A stretch of 64,000 bases of DNA from an uncultured Candidatus Saccharibacteria bacterium (GTDB lineage: Bacteria > Patescibacteriota > Minisyncoccia > Phycocordibacterales > PALSA-1337). The stretch is taken from NCBI GenBank assembly GCA_964357605.1, contig CAYHLX010000002.1:569-64568 (forward strand). The letters are read 5' to 3'. The notes beneath the pieces are model-generated. The model was not told the origin of the DNA, made no database searches, and was given only the letters and a program-made list of their open reading frames with translations. The position numbers and the translations under genes are program-made. Positions 60,349-64,000 of the stretch are shown one piece after another; the first letter of the stretch is position 1; the number at the start of each line of letters is the position of its first letter.

Positions 60349-60382
60349 TACCATATTATATACAATGGTATTTACTTGTCAA
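60349..60382 (-). promoter_or_regulatory. TA promoter with operator-like palindrome
   Basis: TTGACA-16-TATAAT; TACCAT-N10-ATGGTA straddles the -10. Confidence 0.75.
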
Positions 60383-60411
60383 TCTCCCTTATTTTACCTT
60401 ATAATGAGCCG

Positions 60412-61785
60412 ATGTCATCTCCATACCACCTCCACGTGATCGGCATTTGTGGCGTTGCTACTAGCGCCATTGCCATTGCCTTTAAAAACAAAGGTTGGAA
60501 AGTAACCGGTAGTGACAAGGGTTTCTACCCTCCTGTTTCAACAGAACTAGAGAAAAATGGAGTGGAGTTTTATGCTGGATGGCATCCAGAGAAAATTGGT
60601 AATCCAGATGTGGTGATTATAGGAAATGCTTCAGGATCACAAAATCCCGAGACACAGTATGTAAAGGAAAATAATATCAGGGTACTTTCGGACGCAGAGG
60701 CCCGAGGAGAATATTTTGCAAAGAAAAATTCCATAGTCTGCACCGGAACCTGGGGAAAGACTTCTTCGACTGCCCTACTTTCACATATCATGATGAGCAC
60801 AGGAATGGATCCTAGTTTTGTGATTGGGGGAATTTCCCTTTCAACACCAGGAGCAAGGCTTGGAGGGTCAGAATGGAGCGTGATCGAAGGAGATGAATAC
60901 AAGAGCTCGCCTTGGGATCCTCGGCCAAAGTTTGTCCATCTTCACACTACTCATCTTCTCCTTACTGCAGTCTCCTGGGACCACGCAGATATGTATCCGA
61001 CAGAGGAAAGTTACTTTGATGAATTCAAAAAGCTTGTGGTATCTATCCCTCCAACCGGAGTGATTGTCGCCAACAAGGATCATCTAGGAGTAAAGAAAGT
61101 AATTTCAAAGGCAATCTTTTATGGAAAAGAAAATGCCGACTATACATACCACGATGTTTTCCAGACTAAAGATGGACTTTCTTTTACCATAACAAACAAG
61201 GGCGTTGATTTTAAAATAGAATCGCCAATGATAGGAGAATTCCAAGCAGAAAATATTACTGGTTGTTTTGCTATGGCATGCACCATAGGACTTGAACCTA
61301 CAAAAATAGTTGAGGCTATAAAGACATTTAAAGGATTGAAAAGAAGGCTAGAGAAAAGATACGGGGGCCAAGTCGTGATCTTTGATGACATCGCCCATTC
61401 TCCGGAAAAAGCTTCTTCTGTTTTAAAAAATCTCCGGACAATTTATCCTGGAAAAATAATCGCCGTCTTTGAACCAAATATCGGAGGGCGCCAGAGAGAA
61501 TCATCTCACATGTATGACAATGCTTTTAAGGATGTGGATCTTGTGATTATCCCACGCCTCACAAAATTGAAGATTTCTGATCAAAAACCCATGGAGGGAG
61601 ATGAATTGGCAAAAAAAATAAGGCAAACACATCCAAATGTTGAATATATAGAAGATGACCAAAAATTGGTCGAATTTCTAAAATCACAAACAAGAACGGG
61701 CGACGTCATCGTCTTTCTAGGTTCTCATGGATTCCGGGGAATGATCGAGCAGACTATTACTTCCCTTCGTCAACAATCTCTGTAG
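60412..61785 (+). CDS. MurC/Mpl-family Mur ligase
   Basis: GICG, GSD, TGTWGKTSS, VIEGDEY, DHAD, GLKRRLE, DDIAHSP. Confidence 0.92.
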   Translation: MSSPYHLHVIGICGVATSAIAIAFKNKGWKVTGSDKGFYPPVSTELEKNGVEFYAGWHPEKIGNPDVVIIGNASGSQNPETQYVKENNIRVLSDAEARGEYFAKKNSIVCTGTWGKTSSTALLSHIMMSTGMDPSFVIGGISLSTPGARLGGSEWSVIEGDEYKSSPWDPRPKFVHLHTTHLLLTAVSWDHADMYPTEESYFDEFKKLVVSIPPTGVIVANKDHLGVKKVISKAIFYGKENADYTYHDVFQTKDGLSFTITNKGVDFKIESPMIGEFQAENITGCFAMACTIGLEPTKIVEAIKTFKGLKRRLEKRYGGQVVIFDDIAHSPEKASSVLKNLRTIYPGKIIAVFEPNIGGRQRESSHMYDNAFKDVDLVIIPRLTKLKISDQKPMEGDELAKKIRQTHPNVEYIEDDQKLVEFLKSQTRTGDVIVFLGSHGFRGMIEQTITSLRQQSL

Positions 61786-61921
61786 AAACAGTATCATCTA
61801 CTATGGACTTAATGAGAAGAGTAATACCGCAATGATTACATTCTATGATCATTCCTTCTTTGATTGAGGGGTATTTGCTGAGATCCAACATATTTTTACA
61901 TTCTGGACATTGTGCTTTCAT
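61757..61921 (-). CDS. LysW-like zinc-ribbon carrier protein (54 aa) ending in DEGK
   Basis: Hand translation: MKAQCPECKNMLDLSKYPSIKEGMIIECNHCGITLLIKSIVDDTVSTEIVDEGK*; shorter than any ORF in the track. Confidence 0.85.
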   Translation of the reverse strand: MKAQCPECKNMLDLSKYPSIKEGMIIECNHCGITLLIKSIVDDTVSTEIVDEGK

Positions 61922-61962
61922 AGGTACTTCTAATAGTACCTGAAACGTTGTAGTATATCAAT

Positions 61963-62844
61963 ATGATCACCCGTCATGAAAACTACCCAGAATTAGCTAG
62001 TGCTTTGGGCGTTTCTTCTTTGTTTTTCAAAAGAGAAGATTTGCACATTTATGGTTCACATAAAGGGCGTTCAATCCCCATCATGATAGATACTTATATC
62101 GGCCAAGGGGTGAACCATTTTGCTATTTCCTCTTCAGGGAATTCTGCTCTCGCAGCTGGACTGCACATTCAGAAAATAAATCAGACTAGACCATCGACAA
62201 AAAAAATCACTTTAGAAATTTTAGTAGGAAAAAATATCAAACCACACAAATTACAAAAGATCGGGGAATTAAAAGATCAGTATATTCTAGTCTCCATACA
62301 CGAACGTCCCGTCCAGACTCTTTTCTTGAAAACTCAAGACGAAAAAATAAAAGGACTGAGACAATCTCTAGACGACGTCGCTCTTATAGGATACAACGCT
62401 TTAGCAGAAGAACTATTGAAAATAGATAATCTAAAGGCGGTCTTTATTGGTACATCGTCCGGTACCACATCCCAAGCCTTAGCCAGTTATTTTATCAACC
62501 ACCACAAACAGATAGAAGTCCACATAGTCCAGACCTCATCATGCCATACGATTGCTGATTCATTTATAGACAGTAATGGAGATGATGAAAAATCATTAGC
62601 AGATGCCATTGTCGACCATGTAGCACTTAGAAAAAAAGTCTTGGTACCTCTCCTAGAAAAAACCGGTGGTAGCGGTTGGATTGCTAGAAATGAACAGATT
62701 GAAATCGCTCAAGAATTAACACAAAAATATGCCAAGCTCAAAATTTCTCCCAATAGTGCTTTGTCAGTAGTTGGCGTTATGGAAGCCAGTTATACAGGTA
62801 AAACTTGGGATGGAAGTGTGGTATGTCTCATCGGTGGCGAATAA
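61963..62844 (+). CDS. Fold-type II PLP enzyme (threonine synthase/dehydratase-like)
   Basis: FKREDLHIYGSHKGR, SSSGNSA, GTSSGTT. Confidence 0.9.
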   Translation: MITRHENYPELASALGVSSLFFKREDLHIYGSHKGRSIPIMIDTYIGQGVNHFAISSSGNSALAAGLHIQKINQTRPSTKKITLEILVGKNIKPHKLQKIGELKDQYILVSIHERPVQTLFLKTQDEKIKGLRQSLDDVALIGYNALAEELLKIDNLKAVFIGTSSGTTSQALASYFINHHKQIEVHIVQTSSCHTIADSFIDSNGDDEKSLADAIVDHVALRKKVLVPLLEKTGGSGWIARNEQIEIAQELTQKYAKLKISPNSALSVVGVMEASYTGKTWDGSVVCLIGGE

Positions 62845-62849
62845 AGTGT

Positions 62850-64000
62850 CTAGAGAGACCTCACGGCTTTGACAAAGCGTTCTGCCCTATCTTTTCTTGA
62901 AGCATCAACCCCGATCGCTTCACAACCAGGACTAAAGAGAACTCTATCGCCCTTCTTGGCATTTTCCTTCGCCAAGATCACGGCTTCTTCTAAGTCAGGT
63001 GCTCTCAGATAAGTTATGTCCATCAATCTCTCTAGCGATTCCCTAAAACCCAAACTTCCACTTCCTGGAAGGAGAATCGCCACTTTTGCGTATAAAGGTA
63101 TATCCCTCACGAGCTCACGATAATCATGACCGGTATAAGCTCCGCCGAAGATAAGGATAATATTCTTATTCAGAGAAAGATTCTTCAAAGCAAAGAGTGT
63201 AGAGGCCGGCGTTATAGAAGTCGCATCATTATAAAATTCTACTCCCCCAATCTTTTTTATGATTTCTTGCCTACCTTTAAGACCAGAAAAATTATCTATG
63301 GAATACTGAGCCACTTCACTAGTCACTTTAAATAGTTCGGTTGCTTGTAACGCTAGAGCCTTGTTGTGGGCATGAGTACGTAGCATTTTTGCCTTAGGAG
63401 TAAAATCTTTTTGTTTTTTTATCGCATCAACAACCCTATCTGGAGCGACGATAAAGTTATTGTAGGTTTGATGTTTGAGGATATCAAAGGCATCCTGCAT
63501 ATTACTAATCGCAGATAAAGTCAAAGAAGTAATAACTGCTACGTGGGGACTGATACGAGCACTAGTATACTCCTCCATCATATTTTCTGGTATACGGGAA
63601 AGAATAATGTCTCCGGTCTTTATTTTCTTTAAATGCGTTAACGTTCCATTTGTAGAATCAGGATCAATAAAATTAAACCCTTGATTTTCATATTCAGCAA
63701 AAGATTTTTTTAGCACCCCATAAATCATATGACAGACTGTACTTTTTCCACAAGCCCCCATTACACCAATGAGAGTGATCGGTGGAGCTAGTTTCAAAAA
63801 AAGCACGTCGGGAAATTCTACTGGAGTCCCTTTCGCCACCGCCTTTTTCAAAAAAACTGCTTTGCGAGAAATCTCAGGAGAGAGAATAATCAGATCTGCA
63901 TCAAGCAGATCGTGAGCAGAGACCTTACCTAGACTCATATTAACCAACCCTGCCTCTTTCAGGGAAGGTAGAAATTTAGCCAAACGTCTCTCGCTTCTCA
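62850..64000 (-). CDS. murD: MurD-like ligase (partial, N-terminus beyond window)
   Basis: ILSP, GVMGACGKST, GLKGRQE, FYNDATSITP, VLFSPG; frame open to the right edge. Confidence 0.75.
   Translation of the reverse strand, partial: RSERRLAKFLPSLKEAGLVNMSLGKVSAHDLLDADLIILSPEISRKAVFLKKAVAKGTPVEFPDVLFLKLAPPITLIGVMGACGKSTVCHMIYGVLKKSFAEYENQGFNFIDPDSTNGTLTHLKKIKTGDIILSRIPENMMEEYTSARISPHVAVITSLTLSAISNMQDAFDILKHQTYNNFIVAPDRVVDAIKKQKDFTPKAKMLRTHAHNKALALQATELFKVTSEVAQYSIDNFSGLKGRQEIIKKIGGVEFYNDATSITPASTLFALKNLSLNKNIILIFGGAYTGHDYRELVRDIPLYAKVAILLPGSGSLGFRESLERLMDITYLRAPDLEEAVILAKENAKKGDRVLFSPGCEAIGVDASRKDRAERFVKAVRSL

Overview
AT-rich, gene-dense chromosomal window that looks like Patescibacteria/CPR (Parcubacteria-like). 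The lineage is inferred from gene families, the SecA C-terminal variant and scarce Shine-Dalgarno sites; genes read in standard code 11. Left to right: a >1183-aa tail-fibre-like surface protein running off the left edge (absent from the ORF track) with HTH regulators; gatB, obgE, an AI-2E transporter; a small nuclease/ART/PPase/NUDIX/HNH island; secA, murB; a ~34 kb surface-glycan locus (O-antigen-ligase-like protein, ABC flippase, pseudaminic-acid-type genes, many glycosyl- and methyltransferases); a VirD4/TraD-like ATPase; rsmI; and an unusual cell-wall cluster. Best leads: (1) an unannotated 54-aa LysW-like carrier ending in -DEGK among ATP-grasp, tRNA-dependent transferase, Mur ligase, MraY and PLP-enzyme genes; (2) a ~630-nt structured non-coding transcription unit at 56.5-57.1 kb; (3) two tandem, mutually complementary small RNAs upstream of murB; (4) a promoter enclosed by a perfect 20-bp inverted repeat; (5) a putative RNase toxin facing a convergent small RNA; (6) pseB broken by one in-frame TGA. 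All calls come from reading motifs by eye; no searches or folding programs were run.
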